IMG/VR virus record: IMGVR_UViG_3300025853_000058
Location: 12,277 to 76,276 of that record
DNA: 64,000 nt
Reading direction: 5' to 3' (one strand)
DNA from: a virus
Made by a program: the position numbers and the translations under genes. Shown here piece by piece: positions 1 to 8,472 of this stretch. Position 1 is the stretch's first letter. Every line of letters begins with the position of its first letter. The notes beneath the pieces were generated by a model. The model had not been told where the DNA came from. It did not search any database and saw nothing but the letters and a program-made list of their open reading frames with translations.

Positions 1-2
1 CC

Positions 3-386
3 GCAGGTAATGATAATAGATTTACTACTACTATCGGAGCATCTGTCGCACATGATAATGATTTTTCAAATCCCTATATTGTAGCGGGATTAGCAGGTTC
101 TACTATTACTTTTGGATTTTATTCACAAGTTGTAGGAAATGTAAATACTTTTCAATGGTCTGTTTTGAATATTAACGACCCGCAAGGAGTTATTGCTTCA
201 TATAGTTCAACTCCAAGTAGCGGGAGTATTACAGGCCCAACAACTGTTAATTGGACAAATTTAGCAATTACCTTAGCCGGTTCTATAAGTGGTGGTTCTA
301 TGGCAGAATTTGAAGTTAGAGTCGTTGCTACCAATGATGGCGGCTCAGATACATCGAACTATACATTAACTTTCTTAAGTCCATGA
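3..386 (+). CDS. C-terminal part of a beta-rich (Ig/PKD-like) virion or tail protein, 5'-truncated by the window
   Basis: Frame 3 is open from the window start (AGNDNRFTTT...NTFQWSVLNINDPQG...FEVRVVATNDGGSDTSNYTLTF). Ser/Thr/Gly-rich, with an Ig-like terminal 'VVATNDGGSDT' strand pattern. Confidence 0.55.
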   Translation, partial: AGNDNRFTTTIGASVAHDNDFSNPYIVAGLAGSTITFGFYSQVVGNVNTFQWSVLNINDPQGVIASYSSTPSSGSITGPTTVNWTNLAITLAGSISGGSMAEFEVRVVATNDGGSDTSNYTLTFLSP

Positions 387-519
387 TAAAAAAAGAATTA
401 ATCATAAAGATGTTGCTATTTATAATTGCAATATCTTACTTCATTTTTCTTTGGATAGGCCCTACCTTAGTGGGCAATCGTTATGGTTAGTAAAGTAAGA
501 AGTTCAAAAATTTTTGCAT

Positions 520-556
520 AAAAAAAGGCGAGCCGACCCGTTAGGGCCGACCCGCT
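520..556 (-). terminator. GC-rich hairpin plus T7 tract ending the replication arm
   Basis: Minus strand GCGGGTCGGCCC-TAAC-GGGTCGGCTCGC then C and TTTTTTT, at the convergence of + and - transcription. Confidence 0.6.
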
Positions 557-699
557 ATTTCTGTTTTTACACTCCAAATACTCCTACACTCTCTACATTC
601 CCACAATTTTACTTGGTCACTTGAACCAACATAAAACCCTAAGATACGCTTCGCAAGCGTATTCTTTCCGCAATACTTACAAGTTTGTTTTAAACTCAT
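541..699 (-). CDS. 52-aa zinc-ribbon protein (not in ORF track)
   Basis: Manual translation MSLKQTCKYCGKNTLAKRILGFYVGSSDQVKLWECRECRSIWSVKTEIAGRP. Two CxxC motifs; ATGA-coupled to the upstream ORF. Confidence 0.65.
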   Translation of the reverse strand: MSLKQTCKYCGKNTLAKRILGFYVGSSDQVKLWECRECRSIWSVKTEIAGRP

Positions 700-851
700 T
701 TATTCTCGCCTTGTTTATCTTCACCAAGTAGTCTGCTAATGTACTCTTCCACGCTTTTTTCAGTGATATTAGAACCACCAAATGCTGCGAAGAATAGTAA
801 CGAAACTACTATCAAGAAGATAAACAAGCCAAACCATTCTGCTGTGGACAT
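696..851 (-). CDS. 51-aa single-TM membrane protein (not in ORF track)
   Basis: MSTAEWFGLFIFLIVVSLLFFAAFGGSNITEK...; TAATG overlap with the upstream exonuclease. Confidence 0.6.
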   Translation of the reverse strand: MSTAEWFGLFIFLIVVSLLFFAAFGGSNITEKSVEEYISRLLGEDKQGENK

Positions 852-1453
852 TACCAATCAACTCCTAAATCTATAAACTCTTCTTTTTCAATAGAGAATG
901 CTTTTACTATGCCGTTTTCTTTACCATAACTCCAAAGGTCATAAACTAATTGAGTATCTTTCATACAATACTCAACCACTTCATCGTATTTACCCATTTT
1001 CCATAACTTAGGAGCATCTGCACTATCCATCAGTTTGAAATCATCCATAGTACATTTGACTAAGTTCTTCAGTTGAAACCTTTCGCCATGACCCTTGAGT
1101 AAATCTTTGCTTGTGTCTATGTATTTATTTTCCTTTAAATATTTATGAATACAGTATATATCCATAGAATCCCTAAGTATAGGCAAATCAAATGCCGCTA
1201 AATTATGACCTAATAATTTACCACCCTTTTGAAGATGTTCGTCTAAGTCATACTTTAACTGTTGTAAAGACTTTACAATGTGACCGCTTTTGGCGAAAGA
1301 ATCAACAGGTTCATCAACATAAACAGTTCCTGTATTTCCATCCCAAGTGGCAACTGTTGAAACTTGAAACATATGAGTATTAGCAAATCCGCCAATCTCA
1401 TGTGACATATTCTTTGTTTCAATATCTAATGCTAAAACGGACATTGAAATCAC
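851..1453 (-). CDS. DnaQ/RNase H-fold 3'-5' exonuclease (YprB/RNase_H_2-like)
   Basis: DEDD motifs: LDIET, GHNLAAFDLP, YCMKD. Confidence 0.8.
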   Translation of the reverse strand: MISMSVLALDIETKNMSHEIGGFANTHMFQVSTVATWDGNTGTVYVDEPVDSFAKSGHIVKSLQQLKYDLDEHLQKGGKLLGHNLAAFDLPILRDSMDIYCIHKYLKENKYIDTSKDLLKGHGERFQLKNLVKCTMDDFKLMDSADAPKLWKMGKYDEVVEYCMKDTQLVYDLWSYGKENGIVKAFSIEKEEFIDLGVDW

Positions 1454-1671
1454 GAACCGTTAGTCCATAGTTTAGAAATCTTTGCGCTTTCTTCATCAAC
1501 GGGTTCTTCTACGCCAATTCTGCGTTTAAGGAATGCCACAATGTTTGTGTTTGCTACTGATAGCATACTGCAACATTCCCAACCCTCATCACCGTAAGTA
1601 TCTAATGTTTCTATAATAACTTTCGGTCCCTTCGTAATGTCAAAAACGACATATGTATTTTCGTATTTCAT
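1450..1671 (-). CDS. small conserved protein (DUF4177-like)
   Basis: MKYE...LDTYGDEGWE...FLKR pattern. Confidence 0.55.
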   Translation of the reverse strand: MKYENTYVVFDITKGPKVIIETLDTYGDEGWECCSMLSVANTNIVAFLKRRIGVEEPVDEESAKISKLWTNGS

Positions 1672-3179
1672 CTGCTTTCCTCCTTTAGTTTCAAATATGG
1701 TGAACGACCTATCTTTTTCATATCAAAGAACCTTTCATATTCATTCCATATCCTGTATATTTGAGCCTGTGATTTACCTATTGCAGTTTGAAGTTCCTGT
1801 AAGAATAAAGTCTTGTTGATGTATGGTTCCTTTACTGTTGCCATTTTGTCATAAACATTGATAAACTCTTCTTTATGGGAGATTACAGAAGACTTCGGCC
1901 CTTGCTGTCGTAGGCTTCGCTCAAGCCATTCAACCAATGTCTTATAACATTGTCGGGTAATGGCCCCTGCTTGCCTAACATTTTGACCTGTCACACGGTA
2001 TCTTAGGTCTTTATTTTTAATAGCCGGTGCTTGAGCAATACTACATAGCACTGACATTTTAATTAAAATTTTAAGTAGCCGAGTAATAAAATTGCTAGCG
2101 ACTTCTCTTACGAACAAACCGCTAGAATTAATAAAGTTCATCATGCTTTCATATTCTAACATTAGAACTTCTCTAAAATCATCTGTATAAACCATTGTGT
2201 CCATAGCAGTTCCTCCATCTTCAAGAACTTCCTTATAGTGCGCTTGTAGCGTATTATAAATGTTCATAATTGCCTTTGTAAAGTCTTCGATTGGCCCTTC
2301 AACATCTTCATAAATACCGGCTTTGAGTATCTGTTGCTTTCTCATTTTATCTAAAACGGCTTCGGGAACTTCCCAAATAAAGCATAGCATTCTTTGAAGG
2401 AGTCCCTTTTCAGTCATAATAGAATTTAGTTCCTTTGGTGGATAAGTCATAGCAAGAACACTTCTTTCAGAAAAGCACTCGATTAAGTTTCCATCCACTA
2501 AAATTTTACGCATAACCCAACTCTCACCGTGTAAAGTATTCATCATAGTATTCAATAAAACCACAGTATCTTGCTGGTGTTGGCTAGGGCTAAATACGCC
2601 GGAATATTCAAACTCATCGTAATGGACAAAACCATGCCCTTGTAAGGCTCCCGAAAAGAATTTCTCCACCCATCTTCCGGTAGGTCTTTCATTCCCTTCA
2701 TCGTCTTCGTCCATTACTTGTATGTTTTTCCATGTTCCTATTAAAGCCGCACTTGTAGCGACTTGAACGGAAAAGGTATCAAATTGCTTTGCTTTAGAAT
2801 TACCGTCTTCGTCAATAACATTTCTATCTATTGGATGAGTCCCTTGTTTATTTATTCTGGCAAATACATTTTTTGCAATAGGCCCAGTAAAATTATACAA
2901 TGTTGACTTACCTGAACCGGAAGTTTGTATTTGACACGAATGTATTCGTGTATCTTCAATATTTCTACCATTTGGTATCTTCACAAAGTCTTTACATATT
3001 TGTCCAAGCAAAGCAAAGAAATTAATCACTGCTGGTACTTCATTAAAGTGAGCAACCTTTACTGCTGACTCTTGATAAAGTCTAACAATTTCAGGTAGTT
3101 TCTCACTAAAAGATGCTGTATTTTCTTCGTGGTTTTTTAGGAAAGTTTCTTCCCATTCTTCATCATAATCTTCATTCAT
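1668..3179 (-). CDS. P-loop ATPase, probable replicative helicase (MCM/AAA+-related) with C-terminal wHTH
   Basis: Walker A SGSGKST, Walker B VHYDE, arginine-finger-like GLLQR; lies close to the primase in the replication cluster. Confidence 0.6.
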   Translation of the reverse strand: MNEDYDEEWEETFLKNHEENTASFSEKLPEIVRLYQESAVKVAHFNEVPAVINFFALLGQICKDFVKIPNGRNIEDTRIHSCQIQTSGSGKSTLYNFTGPIAKNVFARINKQGTHPIDRNVIDEDGNSKAKQFDTFSVQVATSAALIGTWKNIQVMDEDDEGNERPTGRWVEKFFSGALQGHGFVHYDEFEYSGVFSPSQHQQDTVVLLNTMMNTLHGESWVMRKILVDGNLIECFSERSVLAMTYPPKELNSIMTEKGLLQRMLCFIWEVPEAVLDKMRKQQILKAGIYEDVEGPIEDFTKAIMNIYNTLQAHYKEVLEDGGTAMDTMVYTDDFREVLMLEYESMMNFINSSGLFVREVASNFITRLLKILIKMSVLCSIAQAPAIKNKDLRYRVTGQNVRQAGAITRQCYKTLVEWLERSLRQQGPKSSVISHKEEFINVYDKMATVKEPYINKTLFLQELQTAIGKSQAQIYRIWNEYERFFDMKKIGRSPYLKLKEESR

Positions 3180-3871
3180 ATTTTCACCTTCTTTTCGGAA
3201 TTTAGAGTGTTTAAAATTCGTGAAGCCAATACTTGACCCACTCCATCGAGGTACTGCAATTCCTCTTCTGTTTGTTCTCCTATCTCCATGATAGAACCAT
3301 ATTCTTTAATTAAGATTTTGGCTTTTTTAATTGATACTCCTTTAATACTTGTGAGAACATCAAGTCTTAAGTCGTCTGTGCTGACCCGTTTGAATACTTC
3401 GGGTCGTATAACATCTCGCTGTATAGGTTTCATTTTACAAATTGCTGTAATAATCAAAGATGCTTCTTCTTCGGTTGGAACCCAAAACGCCTTTACATCA
3501 GTATCTAATGTTATTCTGCCTATTGCTCCTAGAAATTTATTATTTAACATAATACTTCTAGCAGGTTCCTGTATCTTAGCCTTGCTATATTTTTTAACAT
3601 TAAATATTGCTTCGGCAATATCACCATATATAATAACAATATTAGTTTTGTAATGTCTATCCATGTTATCTATTTGTGTCCACAATCTTTTACTTATTAC
3701 GGAACCCAAAAAATCAGTTGTTGATTTTGCTTCAAAACAAACATCGTCAAAAACATAATCTCCAATTTCTAACCATTTCTTTTCAGTTTGAATATTCAAA
3801 CCCTTCGCTTTACTCTCAACTAGTTTTACTAGTTTAGAACCTTCTTTTTCTCTACTGTCTATAATTAACAT
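3176..3871 (-). CDS. ERCC4/XPF-family structure-specific nuclease
   Basis: IIDSRE, GDYV, FEAKS..DFLGS motifs plus C-terminal HhH (IKGVSIKKA, GVGQVLA). Confidence 0.88.
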   Translation of the reverse strand: MLIIDSREKEGSKLVKLVESKAKGLNIQTEKKWLEIGDYVFDDVCFEAKSTTDFLGSVISKRLWTQIDNMDRHYKTNIVIIYGDIAEAIFNVKKYSKAKIQEPARSIMLNNKFLGAIGRITLDTDVKAFWVPTEEEASLIITAICKMKPIQRDVIRPEVFKRVSTDDLRLDVLTSIKGVSIKKAKILIKEYGSIMEIGEQTEEELQYLDGVGQVLASRILNTLNSEKKVKI

Positions 3872-4947
3872 ACTTGTTCCTCCTTATCTAAAAAGGTCGG
3901 GTATCGCCAACACTTCCCCACGCAATACCCATCGGGGATTAGCACTGTTTTACAGAATGGTGTTTTGTAATTACCAAACACTGTAAATCGTGCGTGTTTT
4001 CTTGTTTCATATTCATTCCAATCTAGCCAAATCTCTTCATTCTCTTGTACTAATTCTTTAATTTCTTTTACTATTATGTCTAATACTTTTTGTTTTTCTG
4101 CTATTGTTTGTAATGGTCTTCGTTGTGTTAGTAAATCTCTATACCAAGAAACTAAATATGCTCTCGCCATGTGCGATGGATTCTCAACCATAATAGCACT
4201 GTGCAAACAAGGCAGTATTGGCAATTTACCAGAATAATTAGGTACTGAAATCTCACCTTCAACCGCTTCGATAGGGGGTGCGATGGGAAACTTGGCCTTG
4301 ATTTTGCCACCCTTCTTGAAGGGTATAAGCCTCATACTTGATGCTAAAGAAAGAATGTGGCTTACATCGTTTGAAAGGTCTTCTTCGACTAGAGGAATAC
4401 AAAAATAAGGATTGCCTTCATTATCAGAAGAAGACATATTAACTGTATTTGGCACACGCCTTAATCGTGTTGTTTGTCCGACCCTATCATCAAGCGTTAT
4501 GTCCTCACCTACTTTTGAAATCAAGTATTTTTTAATTTGACGAAAAAAGGTTTGAATACTTCTCATATCTTCTGCGGGTTCTCCAAAAATAAACATATGA
4601 AAACCACGACCTGAGAAAAATAAAGTATATTCAAATTGTTGTTCTAATACTAATTCCATAACAATACACACATCACGGTAGGCTTTCTCAATCTTTTCTC
4701 CATGTGCATCAAAGTCTAAGAATATTCTATCTAGTATAACTGAGGAATCTATTTTTGCAGTTTCAGAAAAATGCTCAAAATCATAAACAGTAGTATAAAC
4801 ATTCGTCCTATTGTTTTGTGCATTCACAAAATTGATATACTCATTCTTCGAGAATACTATTTTTCTTTTCATCTGTGGTGCGTTCTTGATGTGGCTCCCC
4901 GCCCATACTTCCCTCGGATATTTCATTTTCATTACCTCCAAAATCAA
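3865..4947 (-). CDS. priS: archaeo-eukaryotic primase, PriS catalytic domain fused to a PriL-like C-terminal domain
   Basis: FLDFD, FSGRGFH, RLRRVPNT motifs; C-terminal LPC...H..R...C...C...C pattern like the PriL Fe-S domain. Start is probably ~4932/4926. Confidence 0.8.
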   Translation of the reverse strand: MILEVMKMKYPREVWAGSHIKNAPQMKRKIVFSKNEYINFVNAQNNRTNVYTTVYDFEHFSETAKIDSSVILDRIFLDFDAHGEKIEKAYRDVCIVMELVLEQQFEYTLFFSGRGFHMFIFGEPAEDMRSIQTFFRQIKKYLISKVGEDITLDDRVGQTTRLRRVPNTVNMSSSDNEGNPYFCIPLVEEDLSNDVSHILSLASSMRLIPFKKGGKIKAKFPIAPPIEAVEGEISVPNYSGKLPILPCLHSAIMVENPSHMARAYLVSWYRDLLTQRRPLQTIAEKQKVLDIIVKEIKELVQENEEIWLDWNEYETRKHARFTVFGNYKTPFCKTVLIPDGYCVGKCWRYPTFLDKEEQVC

Positions 4948-5230
4948 CTGTTGCTGTGTTCAGCATTATTCTAATTACTCCGGCAATTTCACCGGAGAGT
5001 TTTGTTTTTATTGCATTTCGCATAACATCTTCAAATGTATGTCCAACGAAACCTTCGTTTATTTTTATTTCTCTGATTAAGTCAAACCTCTCACTAAGTT
5101 TCGACTCGCTATAAATTTCATTAGCGAGCGAGTCGATAGTTTGTTTGAGATTAGATATTTCTGAGAATGTCCAAGACCTTGCCAATACCTTTAATTTGAT
5201 TATTTCATTGTTCATATTTAATCGCCTCAA
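4841..5230 (-). CDS. hypothetical protein
   Basis: ORF in operon; overlaps the primase 5' end. Confidence 0.5.
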   Translation of the reverse strand: MRRLNMNNEIIKLKVLARSWTFSEISNLKQTIDSLANEIYSESKLSERFDLIREIKINEGFVGHTFEDVMRNAIKTKLSGEIAGVIRIMLNTATVDFGGNENEISEGSMGGEPHQERTTDEKKNSILEE

Positions 5231-5343
5231 ATCTATTTAGAAGTGCCTCAGCATATCCTCTAATATCATCATCGTATCTTCCTAAGTGGGAAAGGATGGT
5301 TATTGCGTCTTCTGCTATTTTATACATATTATCAGACATAATA

Positions 5344-6273
5344 TCAAACCCATGTGTCTTCTTGTGCCGCTTCACAAATTCCAAAGAAACTACAAAAGGA
5401 ACAAGTCTTGTAATAGAATTTTGTAGGAAATTGCTTCATTTCATAGGCTCTTAGTAATTTTGCGATACTATACATAACCGAAGTCATTGACCGTTTCTTA
5501 ACAGGTTGTGCAAAGACATAGTTTGATACAGGATAATACCAACCCCAATGAGTCACCGGTATATTCGGGTCAAGTCCATTCTTAATTAAGACTTCGGGTT
5601 CTGCATTTTCAATAAGCAATTGATAAAATGCCATCTCTTTACGCATCATTCCCGCCTTATAATCTTTCCACGGACCTGTTTTAAATTCAAAAGGAACATA
5701 GCCACCGTTTTCTAGGAAGATTCTATCAATAATTCCTTGAATATGAATCTTATAATCCCTTTGTAAAGTGAATGGTTCATAACCAAGTGACGCATCTCCC
5801 TTATATGGGCCTTGAGGAATGGTTATTTCCGCATCGAATTTACCTTCATTACAAACAGGTAAATATTCTTCTGTCTTATTTTCAGTTCTCGATTCCAAGT
5901 ATCGGCTAGTTTCAAACGATGCTATGTTTAGAGAAATATCATAGTATTCATCAATGGGTGTTAATGCTGTAATGTATTCACCTACTTCATCAGCACTCAT
6001 ACCTTCTGCTTTTTTAACATCGAACTCATTAAAAAAGTCCTCTCTATGATTATGCAAGACCGTTCCTTTACGCATAGCCTCCGTTTGGTCTTGAGGCAAA
6101 CGCTGGATATAAGAAAAGTCATACTTTTTATTGCACCAATCAAAGGAGCCAAGAGAAGACTTGGTTATTTTTAAGATAGGCTTTGTCGGGTCACTGTAAT
6201 TTTCAGGTTTCCAATCGTATGTAAATTCATCCATTGATTTAATCACTGCTTCATATTTTTCATCATCGTTCAT
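5344..6273 (-). CDS. Cas4-like PD-(D/E)XK exonuclease with Fe-S cysteines
   Basis: N-terminal Cys (DWCNKK), G...H, GIIDRI, EFKTG, C-terminal CxxCxxxxxC. Confidence 0.8.
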   Translation of the reverse strand: MNDDEKYEAVIKSMDEFTYDWKPENYSDPTKPILKITKSSLGSFDWCNKKYDFSYIQRLPQDQTEAMRKGTVLHNHREDFFNEFDVKKAEGMSADEVGEYITALTPIDEYYDISLNIASFETSRYLESRTENKTEEYLPVCNEGKFDAEITIPQGPYKGDASLGYEPFTLQRDYKIHIQGIIDRIFLENGGYVPFEFKTGPWKDYKAGMMRKEMAFYQLLIENAEPEVLIKNGLDPNIPVTHWGWYYPVSNYVFAQPVKKRSMTSVMYSIAKLLRAYEMKQFPTKFYYKTCSFCSFFGICEAAQEDTWV

Positions 6274-7158
6274 TTAAAACCACTCATCCAATTTTTTTTG
6301 TATTTTTCCTGTTCTTATGCTAGATAAGTCCCAACCCATCGCTCGATAAATCGGCTCGGCCTTTTTCAAGACCTGTTGTGCATAGTGTTCCCAATCTGGT
6401 TCACAAGCACTAAAGTCTTCGTAAGTTATGCCTGAAATGTATTCAGCATTTCTTTTCTCCTTTGTTAAAGGATGGATGAAGGTGTCCATTGATTTAATTT
6501 TTAGATACAAATAAGTATCATCAAAATCAGTTTGATTTTTCTGCTGAACATATAGAACTCCAGCAATACCCGAACCTATGCTCGGTTTCTTTCCAGAAAA
6601 GGTCACAAAGTTTTTCGTGTCTTCTCCGCATTTTTTACACCACTTTAAATCTAAACATTCATTCAAGTGGTATTTACTACCACATTCATTACATTTAACA
6701 TTAAAGCGTTCCTTTCTCAATCGGCTTCTTTTTATAACTGATTCTATTTCTAATTGTCCAGAAATTACTGACGAATAAACTGCATTTAACTTAGCATTAA
6801 TCTTAGAAAGGGGTTCTTGATTGACCCACATTTTAAGAACATCTGTTTGAACTGACTTAGATAATTTTGTTTCGCTCACTCTTTTAGCAGTGAAGCCGGT
6901 CATTGTAAATTTAGGCTTTTCTAACCATTCTCCATCATCCCAAGCAACCATTCCTGCATTTCTGTTTTTCGTAGTTCCTACACCTAAAGCAGAATAATAC
7001 TTCTCGAACTCCAATACAACAGGGTGTTGCTCTAATCCCATTACATTAGGAAAGTGTTCCCTAACAGACGATTCAATTTCTTTGATGGCAACTTTAGCCG
7101 ACTCAACAGAATCTATTTGAACATAGATTGAATCCGTATGTCCATAAACCACTTTCAT
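6274..7158 (-). CDS. polB: family B DNA polymerase, C-terminal half (palm motif C/thumb), split gene
   Basis: Starts MKVVYGHTDSIYV (motif C variant); LEFEK, KNRNAG; GGTGA SD upstream; CxxC...CxxC insertion. Confidence 0.88.
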   Translation of the reverse strand: MKVVYGHTDSIYVQIDSVESAKVAIKEIESSVREHFPNVMGLEQHPVVLEFEKYYSALGVGTTKNRNAGMVAWDDGEWLEKPKFTMTGFTAKRVSETKLSKSVQTDVLKMWVNQEPLSKINAKLNAVYSSVISGQLEIESVIKRSRLRKERFNVKCNECGSKYHLNECLDLKWCKKCGEDTKNFVTFSGKKPSIGSGIAGVLYVQQKNQTDFDDTYLYLKIKSMDTFIHPLTKEKRNAEYISGITYEDFSACEPDWEHYAQQVLKKAEPIYRAMGWDLSSIRTGKIQKKLDEWF

Positions 7159-7551
7159 TTTACTCACCAATTAAAGATAACATAGCCCCTATTGGGGCCA
7201 CTATTGTAATAATAATAATTGCAAAAATAATTTCAATAAACTTACCTATCATTTAATCACCTCAAGTAATATGCGAACTTAGAAGCAGGAGCCTCATGTT
7301 CTTGTTGTAGTTCTTGAATTGCTTTATACATCTTAACAAGATGTTCGTTCTCTTTATAGAGAACCTCCAATTCTTCTTCAAGCCTCTTAAGTTTCTTTTC
7401 TATTTCTTTTATTCCTATTTCTTTCATATTATCACCGTCATTATGGTTATAATGGTTGCTATATTTACGATATTTACCATCATCAATATCTTATTGCTTT
7501 TAGCAATCATTAGAAGAAGTTCTTCTAGTAATTCGTTGGTTTTATCCATCA

Positions 7552-7743
7552 TCATACATCTTCCTCCTTGAGAATTATAGCGTTCCTCTTTAAGTTGTTC
7601 ATCATCTTAAGAATGTCACGAATTTCTTCTTTCGTGATTTCCCAAGTTTCATCAGTATCATACGATACTTTTACTGTAATTAATTTAGTCTTCATCCGTT
7701 TTCCTCCAATACCTATTTGCTTTTCCAATTCTCTTCTTGACAC
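7552..7743 (-). CDS. small hypothetical protein within the polB split
   Basis: ORF; probable start at MKTKLITV. Confidence 0.5.
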   Translation of the reverse strand: MSRRELEKQIGIGGKRMKTKLITVKVSYDTDETWEITKEEIRDILKMMNNLKRNAIILKEEDV

Positions 7744-7909
7744 AGATTTGGTTTAGGTAGTAAGCAACAGACCACGGACTAGAAACATAATTCGTATTTT
7801 TACGATTATCTAAAATTATTCCATGAATTTCTTTTGCTGTAAAAGGCTCAGGTACATCGACAATTGCCTGTTCAATCCAAACTTTCATTCTATTGTTAAT
7901 CTTTGTCAT
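7685..7909 (-). CDS. small wHTH-like protein
   Basis: MTKINNRMKVWIEQAIVDVPEPFTAKEIH...; paralogous to the 7911-8102 ORF (WI..A....FT..E). Confidence 0.55.
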   Translation of the reverse strand: MTKINNRMKVWIEQAIVDVPEPFTAKEIHGIILDNRKNTNYVSSPWSVAYYLNQICVKKRIGKANRYWRKTDED

Positions 7910-7910
7910 T

Positions 7911-8102
7911 TTACTTCCTCCTATAAACTCCATCATCAACTTTTCTTGCGTGTCTTTTACAATAGTGTGCCAACTGTGTTCTATTTCCAATATAGATACT
8001 CTTGCCTTTCTTGTTAATAATAGCACCCCTAAGTTCATCAAGGGTAAATGAACCACTAAATGTGTCCATCGCTTCTAATATCCATCGTTCTATTAATTTC
8101 AT
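7911..8102 (-). CDS. small wHTH-like protein
   Basis: MKLIERWILEAMDTFSGSFTLDELRGAI...GVYRRK. Confidence 0.55.
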   Translation of the reverse strand: MKLIERWILEAMDTFSGSFTLDELRGAIINKKGKSIYIGNRTQLAHYCKRHARKVDDGVYRRK

Positions 8103-8205
8103 TCTTCTTCACCCGTTATTTCTTTTATTATTCTTTCGGCTTCACATAATTTACAGTGAATCCTTGCCTCGAATTGAGGATTGTGTTTTAATGGTTTTTT
8201 ACATT

Positions 8206-8472
8206 TCATACTTTCATCTCCTTTATGTTCTCTATTGTTTTATAGAAAGGGGCTAACAATTTATCATCTGCAAAATGAATAGTTGCTAATGTCGTAAAAA
8301 TAAAATCCCAATGAGGATTTAACTCCCATTTACTCTCAACTGTTTTGTATTCTGTCCACTTAGGTTCTAGTAGTTTATGAACTTCTTCTCCTAAAAGATT
8401 CTTCCAATCAGTTTCGGGAGAGTGTGTTAATTCACACATAGTTGCTAAAAAACTGTAAATGTCACTTCTCAT
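8206..8472 (-). CDS. hypothetical protein within the polB split
   Basis: ATGA-coupled to the PolB N-half stop. Confidence 0.55.
   Translation of the reverse strand: MRSDIYSFLATMCELTHSPETDWKNLLGEEVHKLLEPKWTEYKTVESKWELNPHWDFIFTTLATIHFADDKLLAPFYKTIENIKEMKV

Noticed and set aside
5344-6273. CRISPR-Cas adaptation gene
   Set aside because: A solo Cas4-like nuclease beside polB is a common viral replication/recombination gene; no cas1 or cas2 is present.
7159-8468. Intron or split intein joining the PolB halves
   Set aside because: No intein terminal motifs on either half. The C-half has its own SD and ATG, and the gap is filled by coupled ORFs rather than ribozyme-like structure.
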